Shown: piece after piece, positions 9,688-20,833 of the stretch | How positions within the stretch are numbered: the stretch's first letter is position 1 | Layout: each line of letters begins with the position of its first letter | Source of the DNA: Candidatus Marinacidobacterales bacterium | Lineage (GTDB): Bacteria > Acidobacteriota > Vicinamibacteria > Marinacidobacterales > SMYC01 | DNA length: 64,000 nucleotides | Direction: 5' to 3' | Assembly (NCBI GenBank): GCA_965237955.1 | Contig: OZ250169.1 | Location: 6,400,001-6,464,000 of the forward strand | Notes under the pieces: generated by a model | The model's input: the letters and a program-made list of their open reading frames with translations, nothing else | Told to the model about the DNA's origin: nothing | The model's database searches: none | Position numbers and translations under genes: made by a program

Positions 9688-12600
9688 CTACTTCGGAACC
9701 ATCACTGGAGCCCCGCCCGCCTCGACAACGGCCGCATTGAACTGCGGCAGTTCCTCGTCGAGAATCCCCCGAAACCGCTCGAGGTACGGGTCGGCCTCTT
9801 TCTTCAGATCCTCGAACCGCTGATAGGAGCCAGCGGTGGGACGTCCATAAGTGCCGTTGACGTGCCCAAAGAGATACGCAAGCTGGTTGTCGAGCTTGGG
9901 CGGGAAGTTGAGCGGGTCATCTCCCGTCTCGTTCTTGACCTGGATCAGATCTTCTTCGATCTCGGTGAGCTGGTCCTGGATCGCTTTGGCCGACGCTTCC
10001 AGCTCTGCTTCGATGCCCGCTTTCTTCGACCGCTTTACGACGTCGTCGAGTTGGACACGAACGTCGCGCAGCGTGCGGATCGCGTCGTGCGTCTCGTTGA
10101 GTTTGTCCCGAACCGCAAGCGTGAGCCGGAAGGCCTCCTCCAGATCCGCCTCGGTGACCTCGGTGAGGCGCGGGTCCTTCAGGACCTCGAGTTCTTCGGT
10201 CTGAACGGTCTCTCCCACGGTAAGACGGACTCGATAACGTCCCGGTTTCGCCCAGAAACCGCCGGTATAGCTAATGGACATATGGGAGTCTTTCAAGAGG
10301 TGCGGTTTCGGGTAGAGCAGGTCCCACACGAAACGATTCAACCCGGCCTTCGGCTCGAGCACACGTTCTTCCGTATCGTCCGGATCCGGCTTCTCGTCGT
10401 CGTCATCGTCCGCCGGCTTGCGAAGAAACCGGCGTACCGTCTCGCCCGCGCGGTCGAGAACCTCGAGGCTGACGTTTGTTCCCGCCTCCGGTGCCTCTTC
10501 CAGGTAGTAGCGAATCAGGGCACCGGCGCCAGGGTTCCACGGCTCATCCTGCCGGTCGAAGTCTCGGAGGCTCACGCGGTACGCGGCCCGCGGAGCGAAC
10601 AGAGCCACCTTTTGATTCGACAGCTCTTCCGAGAGTTGGTGCAGGGGCGTCAGGTCGTCGAGTATCCAGAAGGAACGACCCTGTGTTGCGACGACGAGGT
10701 CCTTCTCGTGCACGCGAAGGTCTGTCACCGGTACATGTGGCAGATTGAGCTGAAGGGACTGCCAGTGCGCGCCGTCATCGAAGGAAACGAACACGCCGAA
10801 CTCGGTTCCTGCGTAGAGCAGCCCCATCCGGTCGGGATCCTCGCGCACCACGCGAACCGGATGATCCCGCGGAATCCCGTTGTCTCCGCTGGTCAGGAGC
10901 GTCCAGCTCTCCCCGTAGTCATCGGTACGAAATACGTAGGGCCGGAAGTCGTCCATCCGGTAGCGAAAAACAGAGGCGAACGCGCGGCCCGGCTGATGGG
11001 TGGAGACCTCGATGAGATTGACGGTGCCGTCCACCGGCATCCCGCCCGGCGTGATGTCCGCCCAGCTCTTTCCGGCATCCATCGAGCGATGGATGCGACC
11101 GTCGTCCGTGCCCGCCCAGAGCATGCCTGGCGAGTGCGGCGATTCCTCGAAGGCGAAAACCGTACCGTAGACCTCGACACCGCTGTGGTCGTGCTGGACC
11201 GGTCCGCCGGGAAACTCCTGCTTCTCGACATCGTTCGAGGTCAGATCGGGACTGATGGTCTCCCAGTTGATGCCGCCGTCCACCGTTCGATGAACGAAGT
11301 TCGACGTGTGGTAGACGATTGCGGGATCGTGGGGGGAAATCAGGATGGGCGCGTTCCACTGGAAACGATAGGCGAGATCCTTCGGAGCCACGCCATCTGC
11401 AAGCTGAGGGTATATAATGACGTTCTGCCGCTCGCCGGTGCTTCGATCGAAACGATCGATCTGGCCGATATAGTTGCCCGCGTAGGTCAGCTCCGGGTTT
11501 CCCGGCGTCACCGCGATGTGACCGCTCTCACCGCCCGCCACCGAGCGCCAGTGCTCGAAGGGCGTGAGCCCACCGTCACTCCACGACGGCACGCTGATGG
11601 TGGAGTTGTCCTGCTGGCCTCCGTAGAGACGGTAGGGAAAAGCCTCGTCCACGATGACGCGATAGAACTCCGCGGTCGGCTGGTTATTGAGGGTCGACCA
11701 GTTCTTTCCACCATCGAGCGTCACCGTCCCACCACCGTCGCTGGCCTCGACCATGATCTTCGGATCGTCGGGGTTGATCCACAGGTCGTGGTTATCGCCG
11801 TGCGGTGTGCGTATTCTCTCGAAGCTCTTGCCGCCGTCGATGGATTTGTAGAACCGGGTGTTCATGACGTACAGGGTGTTCTCGTCCTTTGGATCGGCCT
11901 CGACGTGCGAGTAATACCAGCCGCGAGCGCGTAGGTCGCGGTTGCCGGTAACCCGCGTCCACTTCTCGCCGCCGTTCTCCGTTCGATAAATCCCTCCGGC
12001 GTCATCCTTTGCCGTCACGAGTGCATAGACCCGATCCGGGTTCGCGGGGGAGACGGAAACACCGATGCGCCCCACCTCTCCGTCGGGCAACCCGCCCTCG
12101 AGCTTCTTCCACTCGTCGCCACCGTCGACCGAAAGATAGAGACCACTCTCCTCACTGCCATCGACGAGGGTCCAGGGCTTTCGCTCCACTCGCCACATCG
12201 CCGCGTAGACCTGGCGCGGATTCTTCGGATTCATCGAGAGGTCGACGGCGCCCGTCCGCTCGGAGACAAAAAGGACTTTGTCCCAACTCTCGCCCCCGTC
12301 GCGCGAGCGAAAGACACCGCGCTCCTCGTTCGGCCCGAAGATGTGGCCGGTCGCTGCGACGTAAACGAGGTCGGCATCGGACGGATGGATGCGGATACGA
12401 CCGATCTGCCCCGCTTCGGTGAGACCGATGTGCTCGAAGCTCCGACCCGCATCGGTCGACTTGTAGATACCTTTGCCGACGGAGACGTTCCCGCGCGGAC
12501 AGGCGGAGCCCGTACCGACGTAGACAACGTTCGGATCGGAAGGTGCTACCGCGATGGCGCCGATCGAGCCGACCGCGAAGGTCTCGTCTGAGATGTTCTC

Positions 12601-12876
12601 CCAGCTCTGCCCGGCGTTCTCCGTCTTCCATACCCCGCCACCGCTCGCACCCATGTAGAAGGTAAAGGGGGCGTTGGCTACGCCCGTCACTGTGGTCGAG
12701 CGCCCTCCGCGGGTCGGACCGATCGAACGGTACTTCATTTCCTTGTAAAGGGTCTCGTCGTAGACCACATTCTCGTCGCGCTCGTCGTCCTCGGGGACGG
12801 GGACGGCGGCACGGGCACCGACACCAACCCCGACAAGAAAGAGCGTGATTACGCTCAGTGTAATATGCCTGCTCAC
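9688..12876 (-). CDS. Second secreted VPS10/BNR-repeat glycosyl hydrolase-like protein
   Basis: Signal peptide; YRSIGPTRGGRS motif; repeated Asp-boxes; paralogous to 844-4125. Confidence 0.85.
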   Translation of the reverse strand: MSRHITLSVITLFLVGVGVGARAAVPVPEDDERDENVVYDETLYKEMKYRSIGPTRGGRSTTVTGVANAPFTFYMGASGGGVWKTENAGQSWENISDETFAVGSIGAIAVAPSDPNVVYVGTGSACPRGNVSVGKGIYKSTDAGRSFEHIGLTEAGQIGRIRIHPSDADLVYVAATGHIFGPNEERGVFRSRDGGESWDKVLFVSERTGAVDLSMNPKNPRQVYAAMWRVERKPWTLVDGSEESGLYLSVDGGDEWKKLEGGLPDGEVGRIGVSVSPANPDRVYALVTAKDDAGGIYRTENGGEKWTRVTGNRDLRARGWYYSHVEADPKDENTLYVMNTRFYKSIDGGKSFERIRTPHGDNHDLWINPDDPKIMVEASDGGGTVTLDGGKNWSTLNNQPTAEFYRVIVDEAFPYRLYGGQQDNSTISVPSWSDGGLTPFEHWRSVAGGESGHIAVTPGNPELTYAGNYIGQIDRFDRSTGERQNVIIYPQLADGVAPKDLAYRFQWNAPILISPHDPAIVYHTSNFVHRTVDGGINWETISPDLTSNDVEKQEFPGGPVQHDHSGVEVYGTVFAFEESPHSPGMLWAGTDDGRIHRSMDAGKSWADITPGGMPVDGTVNLIEVSTHQPGRAFASVFRYRMDDFRPYVFRTDDYGESWTLLTSGDNGIPRDHPVRVVREDPDRMGLLYAGTEFGVFVSFDDGAHWQSLQLNLPHVPVTDLRVHEKDLVVATQGRSFWILDDLTPLHQLSEELSNQKVALFAPRAAYRVSLRDFDRQDEPWNPGAGALIRYYLEEAPEAGTNVSLEVLDRAGETVRRFLRKPADDDDDEKPDPDDTEERVLEPKAGLNRFVWDLLYPKPHLLKDSHMSISYTGGFWAKPGRYRVRLTVGETVQTEELEVLKDPRLTEVTEADLEEAFRLTLAVRDKLNETHDAIRTLRDVRVQLDDVVKRSKKAGIEAELEASAKAIQDQLTEIEEDLIQVKNETGDDPLNFPPKLDNQLAYLFGHVNGTYGRPTAGSYQRFEDLKKEADPYLERFRGILDEELPQFNAAVVEAGGAPVMVPK

Positions 12877-13073
12877 GGTCGATCCTCCAATCCAACGAAC
12901 CTTCAGAAATGCGGGCCTATCCTAGCAGAGGACGGGCCGAACTCCTGCCCTAGAGCATCGGCACCTGCAGTCGGATCCGGGTCGCTGGTACGTGCTAAGA
13001 GGTGACACCAGTCCGGTGTTAGGATCGACTTCGTGGACTGGCGCATCTCGCCTCGTCCATCTGGAGTAAAGCG

Positions 13074-13319
13074 ATGTATTGGATGCGACTAGGAGTAGCG
13101 CTCGGCTTGGCAATCCTTACCCCGGCCGTGACCGCCGGGGCCCTCGAAGATGCCGGGAACGGCAACTGGCCCCAGTGGCGCGGGCCTTCGGCTAACGGCG
13201 TGGCGCCCGGCGGTAACCCGCCCGTCGCATGGAGCGAGGAGAGGAACGTTCGCTTCAAGCTGGAGATTCCCGGTCGGGGCTCGAGCACCCCGATCGTGTG
13301 GGAGGACCGGATCTACTTG
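13074..13319 (+). pseudogene. PQQ-binding-like beta-propeller protein truncated by IS91
   Basis: Signal peptide, NWPQWRGP and GSSTPIVWEDRIYL, then the IS91 end. Confidence 0.8.
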
Positions 13320-14009
13320 AAGGATAGTCAATTTCAAGTCGCTCCCGCGTGCCTGCGGCGCGATTATTCGCCTAAGGATGATCTGTTCAGCCTCGTAGGC
13401 GGTGTCGAGGTTAGCAGTCGTCGATGAAGAGGCTGGCGCCGGGGGATGGAGCTTCAGATTGAGTTATGTGTTGGCGAGAAGACGAACGAGTGGCGCGGCG
13501 TGCCGGCGTCGCGGCACAAGGGAGTGGCGAAATCGGCGATTAGTGTTTTGGAGGAGCGCGGGAGTTGCGGTGTCGCTTATGCAAATGGTCGAGCAATTTT
13601 TCGAATGACTTTGTGGTCGGTAATAAAGCCGATCACACGCAGGGTCCCACCGCACTCACATTTCAAAGGATCGACTTGATAGACCCGTTTGATGAGCCGC
13701 GCCCAACTTTTTCTGAGAGCGGCGCGCTTTTTTGGCGAGAGCTCGGGTTCGGTCTTGGATTTTGAGCTGTTGTTGTCACCGAGGGAGTGAAGGGAAATGC
13801 CGTGCTTTTTCTGGAAAACCCGTGTCCTCGAAGCGTAGGCGCCAAAGTAGTGAACGCCATGTTTTCGAGGCTCTGAATCGTCCGCATTCGGGCTCCTTCG
13901 AGGGTATGAGATGTTGCGGGGCCCCTTCGAAGGTCTACCCACCGCAAAAATCTGGGTGAGGACTCGGGCGATGAACTCGAAAATGTCGAGGCTCTCGCCT
14001 TTGGGATGG
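13320..14009 (-). mobile_element. IS91-family remnant (copy 2, ori-proximal ~690 bp)
   Basis: Near-identical to 4156-4845; preceded by cttg. Confidence 0.88.
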
Positions 14010-14039
14010 TCTCCACGAATTTCGAAAACGCCTCTAGGA

Positions 14040-14290
14040 TTCGAGCTTTCGGCTCCGTTCGTGTTTTTGGACAGGACGGGAAGACAAGCTGAACGAGCTC
14101 CGGGACACGTCGCGACGCCGAGCGGCTGAGCTCGGCATGGAAGAGGAGTTCGAGGCGCTCAACACGATGGTCGGTGCGTTGCTGACGTCGCAGCCCGCGA
14201 AGGAGCTCGTCAGCCCCTTGGCCAGAGCTCGCGCCGGCGGCAAGCCGTTCGATCCAGATAGACTCGAGCTGTTCCAAACCCTGATCATGC
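14040..14290 (+). pseudogene. Internal fragment of a Fic-family protein gene
   Basis: LGMEEEFEALNTMVGALL...RARAGGKPFDPDRLELFQTL resembles the middle region of long Fic proteins, recognised from memory. Confidence 0.5.
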
Positions 14291-14389
14291 CGGGATACTG
14301 ACGCCGGCGTGCGAGAAAGATCAAGACTGACCCGCCCGGATGAATGAATAGAAGGGACAAGCACGGTAACCCAACATCCCTCTTTTTAC

Positions 14390-14426
14390 TTGACGTTATT
14401 CTGTACATAATTTAGAATAGAATAAC
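14390..14426 (+). promoter_or_regulatory. Sigma70 promoter with overlapping operator for the toxin-antitoxin operon
   Basis: TTGACG (14390), 17 bp, TAGAAT (14413); inverted repeat gttattct/agaataac; ATG 10 nt after the -10 box with no RBS. Confidence 0.75.
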
Positions 14427-14428
14427 AA

Positions 14429-14710
14429 ATGAGCTTAACCTCGAAAGACATCGTGCCCCTTACCCGTGCCCGGGCGAAGCTGACCGAGCTCGTCGACGAG
14501 GTCCACACCGAAGGCGCGGAAAAGATCATCACCAAGAACGGCGAAAGCTGCGCCGCGCTGATCGACGCCGAGCGCCTCGATCACTATCACCGGCTCGAGA
14601 GGGAGCACATTCATCTCACGTTGCTCGACGAGGTTCTCCGCGGGTTGGATGATCTCGATGAGGGTAGAACCCTGAGCCTCGCGAAGTTGAAATCGAAACA
14701 TGGCCGCTAA
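14429..14710 (+). CDS. Phd/YefM-family antitoxin
   Basis: IVPLTRARAKLTELVDEV...KIITKNGESCAALI. Confidence 0.9.
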   Translation: MSLTSKDIVPLTRARAKLTELVDEVHTEGAEKIITKNGESCAALIDAERLDHYHRLEREHIHLTLLDEVLRGLDDLDEGRTLSLAKLKSKHGR

Positions 14711-15071
14711 GCGGCCGCTGTTCACTGAGAATTTTTCGTCCAACCTCGCCGACATCGAATCTTTTCTGGGCGCCGATGGCGCTGGATACTTCGCGAAGTT
14801 TTTTGATCGCTTCGTAGAGGAGGTCGTTCCGAACGCTTGTCGTTTTCTGCTGTCCGGTCGTTCCTTTCTCGAGCGCTCCATCTACACGACACAAGCGGAA
14901 CAGCTGGCGGAGAGGCTCAAGCGTCGATTGCAGGACGACGATGATATCCGGGAGCTCATCGTCGACGACTTCCTTATTCTGTATCTCGTGCGAGCCGACC
15001 GCATCGTCTTTCTCTCCATCAGGCACCATCGTCAACTGTCCCATGACCTCAAAACGTTGTGGCGTGAGTAA
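14700..15071 (+). CDS. RelE/ParE-superfamily toxin
   Basis: Overlaps the antitoxin; NFSSNLADIESFL...IRELIVDDFLILY...LSIRHHRQ. Confidence 0.8.
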   Translation: MAAKRPLFTENFSSNLADIESFLGADGAGYFAKFFDRFVEEVVPNACRFLLSGRSFLERSIYTTQAEQLAERLKRRLQDDDDIRELIVDDFLILYLVRADRIVFLSIRHHRQLSHDLKTLWRE

Positions 15072-15136
15072 CGACTAGCTTGAAAGAAATAGGCCTGACG
15101 CCTTTTTCGCAACCCGCAAAGCTTCGATCATCCAGA

Positions 15137-15245
15137 TCAGTTTCCCACCGACGCTTGCCAGTTCAGGACGACCGTGACGGGTGTCTTAGCGTCGGCGAGC
15201 GGCATCGCGACCAGGGACCTCTGGCCGTCGCTCGTGGGTTGGTAA
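15137..15245 (-). pseudogene. C-terminal tail of a TolB-like propeller Ser/Thr kinase
   Basis: DGQRSLVAMP...PVTVVLNW is the typical terminus of acidobacterial propeller kinases. Confidence 0.5.
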
Positions 15246-15770
15246 CGGCCGTGTTCGATGACGAAGAAGCCGTACAGCAGCCGGAGCGACGCCGTCGGCA
15301 CCGTGAACAGATCCATCGCGGCGATGTCGTCCTTGTGGTTCCGCAAGAAAGCGAGCCAGCGCTTCACCTGATCGGGCTCGGCAGGGCGGCGCGGCATGTA
15401 TCGCGACACCGTCATCTCTGAGATAAGGAATCCGAGCTTCGTGAGCTCCGCGTGGATACGCGGTGCACCCCGGGCGTCTTGCGCCATCATCCGGACGAGC
15501 CGACGAATCTCGGCGTCGACGCGAGGCCGCCCCGGATGGCGCCGCTGCGAGATCTTCGCCCAGTATCGTCGGAATCGATCCCGATTCCACCGCGCGACCG
15601 TGTCGGCGTTGACGACGAGTAAGCGGCTCGCCCACCCGGGCCACGAGGCTCGAAGCGAAACCCAGAATGCTCGGTCCGTGTCCTCGAGCGGTGGCCGGGG
15701 GCGCTTCTTCTTGAGCGCCGTAACTTGCTGCCGTAAGGCAAGGTTTTCAATGACAAGACCTCGATGACGG
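15246..15770 (-). mobile_element. Fragment of an integrase-core (rve) transposase
   Basis: ENLALRQQ, DRAFWV, GAPRIHAEL, AAMDLFTVPT motifs. Confidence 0.8.
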
Positions 15771-15808
15771 ACGTTGTCTACGACGAGCGATAACTTTCTC
15801 TGCTCTTC

Positions 15809-16901
15809 GTTGCCTTGGTGCACAACTCGCGATCTCGGTCCACAATTGTCCTTTACTCACGGATTCGAGGTTCCCCATGAGCATTTTCAAACGCACTCAG
15901 CGGAAGTATGTGAAGAAGGCCTATCGCGTGAGGAATTGGCGTGAATATGAGGCGGGTCTACGCAACCGTGGGAGCCTGACCGTCTGGATCTCGCTCACCG
16001 CCGGCAAGCTTGTGAACTGGGACGCGCCCCGGCCGAGGAGGAGGAAACCGGGCCGTCAACGCAAGTACTCGAACCACGCCATCGAGACGGCTGTCACCCT
16101 GGGCATGGTGTTTCATCTGTCATCTAGGCAGAGCGAAGGGATTGCTGCGATCGTTGTTCGCTCTGATGAAGCTAGACAATGATGTGCCCGATCACACCAC
16201 GATCTCGAGGCGCAAGGCGAAGCTGGGTAAGGTCCCCTTCTACCAAGACAAGCAGAAGACGCCGTTGCACATCTTGATCGACAGCAGCGGTCTCGCTGTC
16301 CACCGCCGGCCAGCTGCGCAGAGCACCAAAGAGCAGGGACTATCGCAAGCTCCATCTGTGTGTCGACGAGCAGAGTGGCGAAGTCGTCGCCGGCGAGCTG
16401 ACGAGCAAAAGAGCCCGCGATTCATCGCGGGTTGCATCGCTTGTCGGACAGATCGACAGTCCCATCTCATCGGCCAGAGCTGACACCGCATACGACGCCG
16501 GCGGCGTCTATGAGGCAATCGAGAATCACAGCGCTCATTGCTCGCCGAGGGTGCTGATACCGCCGCGCAAGGGCGCCCAGCTCGCATCGGGGCCGGCGAG
16601 CAGCCGACAGCGCAATCGCAACATTGCAGCACAAGCTCGGCTCGGCAAACGAAAGTGGCACACAGAATCGGGCTACAGCAAACGGAGCAAAGTCGAGACA
16701 ACGTTCCATCGCTACAAGGCTATCGTGGGCTCAGCGATGCGAGCGAGAGGGTTGGCGGCACAGAGAGTCGAGGCAAGGATCGGGTGCAAGATTCTCAACA
16801 CGATGACGGCGCTCGGGATGCCTGATAGCGAGATGATCGGATGATGGGAGTCGGGGCCAAGCGAGCTCTCGGCCTCTATCGGAGTTGTGCACCAAGGCAA
16901 C
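15809..16901 (+). mobile_element. IS5-family element with frameshifted transposase (15877-16844)
   Basis: Perfect 20-bp IR gttgccttggtgcacaactc; NWREYEAGLRNRGSLT, PDHTTISRR, GYSKRSKVET. Confidence 0.9.
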
Positions 16902-17830
16902 GGATCGCCGGTTCATGCTTGCCGGTTTCCGGATCGCGCATTCGCTCGCGGGTGTGAAAGTGAATTTTGTAGTTCCCGCTGCGATAGGCCATGACCCGGT
17001 GGTGGTAAAACACGTGCCGGGTTCTCGTGCTCTTGCCGCCAGAAAGCAGCACGCCGGACGCGTCACGTGAGTCGATGGCCTGGCCTTCGGCGACGGTGGC
17101 GCCGGTGAGCGTTGCGACGGTGGCGTAGACGTCCTGATTCACCACGAATTCGCCGCTTACCGCCGGTTTGATCTTTCCGGGCCAGGTGAAGATCGCCGGC
17201 ACGCGCTGGCCGCCCTCCCAGGTGGTGGACTTCTCGCCGCGCAGCGGTGTGGCCACGCCGCCGAACTCCTTGAACATGGTCCACGGGCCGTTGTCGCTGG
17301 TGAAGACGATCAGCGTCTTCTTGCTCAGGCCCGCCTCCTCGACGGCTTTGACGATTTCGCCGACGGACCAATCCAATTCGCCGATCACGTCTCCATAGAC
17401 CCCGTTCTTGCTCTTTCCCTTGAACTCCGCCGAGGCAAAAATCGGCACGTGCGGCATGTTATGCGCGAGGTAGATGAAAAACGGCCCGTCCTTGTGCTTC
17501 TTGATCAGCTTGATCGTTTCTGCCGTGTATCGCCCGATAAACTCGGATTGCGGGCAGGGGCCTTTGCTTTCCCGGTTGATGATCAGCGGGGTCTTCCAGG
17601 CTTCCTCCGGGGCGTCACGGAACGATGCGTAGTTCGACCGCGGCCCGTCCCCGTCGTTGCTGCCCCTAGTGCCGTACCAGGTGTCGAACCCCTGGTCGAG
17701 CGGGTGAGTGCCCTTGCCAATGCCCAGGTGCCATTTGCCGATCAGTGCCGTGGCGTACCCTCGCTTCTTGAGCATCTCGGCAATCGTGATCCGCTCGGCC
17801 AGCTTCCTAGAGTTGCGACCCATGAGGCCG
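16902..17830 (-). pseudogene. Arylsulfatase fragment, truncated at both ends
   Basis: TIAEMLKKRGYATALIGKWHLG, HNMPHVP, FTSDNGP; the CxPxR motif is absent. Confidence 0.85.
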
Positions 17831-17839
17831 GGGCGGTTG

Positions 17840-18590
17840 GGGACGTCGTATAGAAGGTACTGTCCACGCCGCGCAGTCGCGAGTACGGACTAACTACCAG
17901 TGCCACGGTACGGTGCGCATCCACATGGTCGAGTCCATTTTGGGCATCGTCCACCACCACAAAGATGGCCATCTTGCTCCACAGCGAACTGCGCGATGCC
18001 GTCTCCACAATGCGCCCCAGCGCCGGCAGTCGTCGTTGCGCCCCACCGAGGCTGCGGGAGTGTAGTTACCGGGACGCGTCCCCCAACTATGATCGTCGGG
18101 CAGGGCCAGTAGCGGAAAGCGCGGCACGCGTCCCTCCTGCTCAAATTGCTTGAACTCTTGGATCCAGTCTTCCGCGCGCTCCAGATCCGTATAGTCCGAC
18201 CGGCGCACGCGTGTGTAGGTGGGATGGATGTGACCTTCCAGACTCGGAAACCGCGGCCCCGCCTTGCCGTCCCTTTCCTCCACCATTTCCCCGTAACTGC
18301 GATAGCTGATTCCAGATCTGGCACACAGATCCCAGATAAATCCTCCATCGGGCGTGTAAAGATCAGGCCTCCAGTAATTGCTCTTCCCCGCCGCCCGTAT
18401 CCGGCGGGCCAGACCTTCTCAGTGTAATCGGTGGCGTAGGCAGCCGTGGACCAGGAATGCCCATCCACGCTGACCTCGGCGTCGACGTAAAAGTTGTCCA
18501 GCAACACGAACTCCCGGGCCAGGGCGTGATGATTGGGTGTGACTTCTTCTCCAAAAAGGGTCAGGCTGGGATCACCGTTGCCGAGAGAGC
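17840..18590 (-). pseudogene. Fragment of a YncE/phosphoesterase (alkaline phosphatase superfamily) gene, frameshifted
   Basis: TPNHHALAREFVLLDNFYVDAEVSVDGHSW; DDAQNGLDHVDAHRT. Confidence 0.8.
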
Positions 18591-18686
18591 CAGGTCATTG
18601 GGATGGCTCCCCACTTCAATCGTCTTTCTCACCGTCTCGGCGGGCTCCACCGGAGACGTAGAGTCGGTTTTCGGTAGAATCAAAAG

Positions 18687-19008
18687 CTTGATCACCGAGT
18701 TTCAAACCGCCAAAAAGATCCTCGACTGCATCGGCTTGCCACCACAGCCCATTCGCCTCCCCTTTTCAACGACACGGTCTACGTTGCCTTATGAACCGTT
18801 AGCGCTACGCCGGCAAGCCGGGGCAGTGCCGCGAAACGCCACCCGTCTATTTTCCCGACCTCGTACGAGCACGCCTTGGCACCTTTCACTCCGCAGGCCA
18901 TGTCGTCCAGTCCTTTTGAACGGACGAGTCACCCCCTATAACCTTTCCCACACCCCTTGAGCACGACTTCTAGTTCGCCTGGCGGAAAAGTAATGTACTA
19001 TCTTGAAC
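18687..19008 (+). mobile_element. IS91-family 3' remnant
   Basis: ITEFQTAKKILDCIGLP transposase tail; ori-like aatgtactatcttgaac. Confidence 0.6.
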
Positions 19009-19291
19009 ATGGACGACGACGACCGAGCCATCTTCGCAAAGTGGCTGCGAGAGCATCTGAGCTAGGACCGCGGCGAACGAATGCGGTGGTCAGCTCCACG
19101 CCTTTTGGTGTGGGCGTTTTCTCGAATGAGTCATCGGCTGGGCTTTTCCCCCCGTAAGCGACACGGCCAGGCTTGTTTTTAACCCTTTGCGGCACTATGC
19201 TCCCCCTTCCCAGAAAGGGATATATCTCAGGTGCGGGTGCTCGTTTGTCTCGGGCATTTCGCTAAGTAGCGCGAAGCGGGGTTACTGAGGG

Positions 19292-20810
19292 ATGGCGTTC
19301 GCGGTTCTCCTGACCAGCATTGCTTTCATCCTCGTTGCCATCATCGTCCTGAAGCTTCATCCCTTTCTGGCCCTCATCCTGGCGGCCATCCTGGTGGGAC
19401 TTCTGTCCCCGCGGCCCCTCCTGGAAGGCGAAGTGGAGAGTGCCCGGCGGCAGCTCGAGAAGGAGCTTCGCGAAGGGGTCGAAAGCGGGGCTCTTTCTCG
19501 GGGAAAACTTGCGGGAGCGACTCGAAGGGGTCCGCTGGCGCGTCGAGGCCGGCAAACGGGCGCCCAAGCCCATCCAGGCCTTGGAGCTCACCGCTGTCGG
19601 GTTCGGCACCACGGCGGGTAGCATTGGCATCGTCATCCTTCTGGCGGCGATCATCGGCCAGTGCCTCATGGAGAGCGGCGCCGCGGACAAGATCGTGAGG
19701 CGGTTTCTAAGTCTCCTGGGAGAGGAGCGCGCCGGCATCTCCCTCTTGTCGAGCGGGTACCTCCTTTCGATTCCCGTTTTCTTCGATACCGTCTTCTTTC
19801 TGCTGGTACCACTGGCGCGCGCCCTTCGCTTGCGGACCGGCAAGAACTACGTCCTGTACATCTGCTCCATTTGTGCCGGCGCCGCGATAACCCACTCCCT
19901 GGTGCCGCCCACTCCGGGACCCCTGGTCATGGCCGACACCCTGGGGCTCGACCTGGGTTTGGCCATCGCCGGCGGGGCCCTGTTGGGTCTTCTTCCGGCG
20001 CTTTTTGGCCTGGTTCTCTCCGGGCGCGTGAACCGCAAGCTCGAGGTCCCTTTCCGTGACGCGGCAGGGCCGTCTCGAAAAGAGCTCGAAGCCGTCGTCA
20101 GCCGGAAGGAGCAGGAGTTGCCCGGCTTCTTCGTTTCCGCCTTGCCGGTGCTCTTACCGGTGGTGCTGATTACGGGCCACAGCCTTATCGACGCCCTGGC
20201 GAAGGCAAATCTCGCCTTCGCGCCGGCGACGGCCTGGACGGGGTTTTTCGGCAACAAGAACATGGCGCTTCTCCTGGCCTCTTTCATTGCGGCCGCGGTG
20301 CTCGTTCGGGAGAAGCAACTGGGTTTGTCGGAGCTCGGAAGGCGGCTCGAGCCCGCCATTGCGAGCGCCGGCGTGATCATCCTGATCACCAGTGCGGGCG
20401 GTGCTTTCGGCCAGATGCTGTCTCGCATCGGGATCGACGAGACGCTTCGGCAAATGCCGAGCGGGGAAGGAGGCCTCAGCTTCCTCTTTCTCGCCTGGGG
20501 CATGGCGGCGGTCATGAAAATTGCCCAGGGCTCGGGTACAGTATCCATGATCACCACCTCCGCCATCATGGTGGCGATTCTTCCGGACGCTTCGGCTCTT
20601 CCCTACCACCCGATCTACATCTTTGCCGCCATCGGTTTCGGCTCGGGCTTCATCTCCTGGATGAACGACAGCGCCTTCTGGGTGGTGTGCAAGATGAGCG
20701 GCTTTACCGAGGGGGAGACGCTCCGTACTTGGACCTTCGTGGTTGGTGCAATTGGGGTGGTGGGCCTCGTCGAGGTCGTTCTTTTAGCATCGGTGCTTCC
20801 CCTCGTTTGA
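19292..20810 (+). CDS. GntP-family permease with one frameshift near 19495 (pseudogene or sequence error)
   Basis: KLHPFLALILAA N-terminus; SIPVFFDTVF, HSLVPPTPGP, KIAQGSGTV, SWMNDSAFW. Confidence 0.85.
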
Positions 20811-20833
20811 ATAGCCCACAGGAGTCGGCAGAA

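Noticed and set aside
9583-11934. 783-aa plus-strand ORF, and similar ORFs at 1546-2736 and 2743-4110
   Set aside because: Antisense shadows of GC-rich genes; no recognisable motifs
14429-15071. Integron cassette array
   Set aside because: No intI and no convincing attC (RYYYAAC...GTTRRRY) sites found by eye
19480-19510. Programmed frameshift in the GntP permease
   Set aside because: No clear slippery heptamer with a stimulator; single-base indels are common in this window and may be decay or read error
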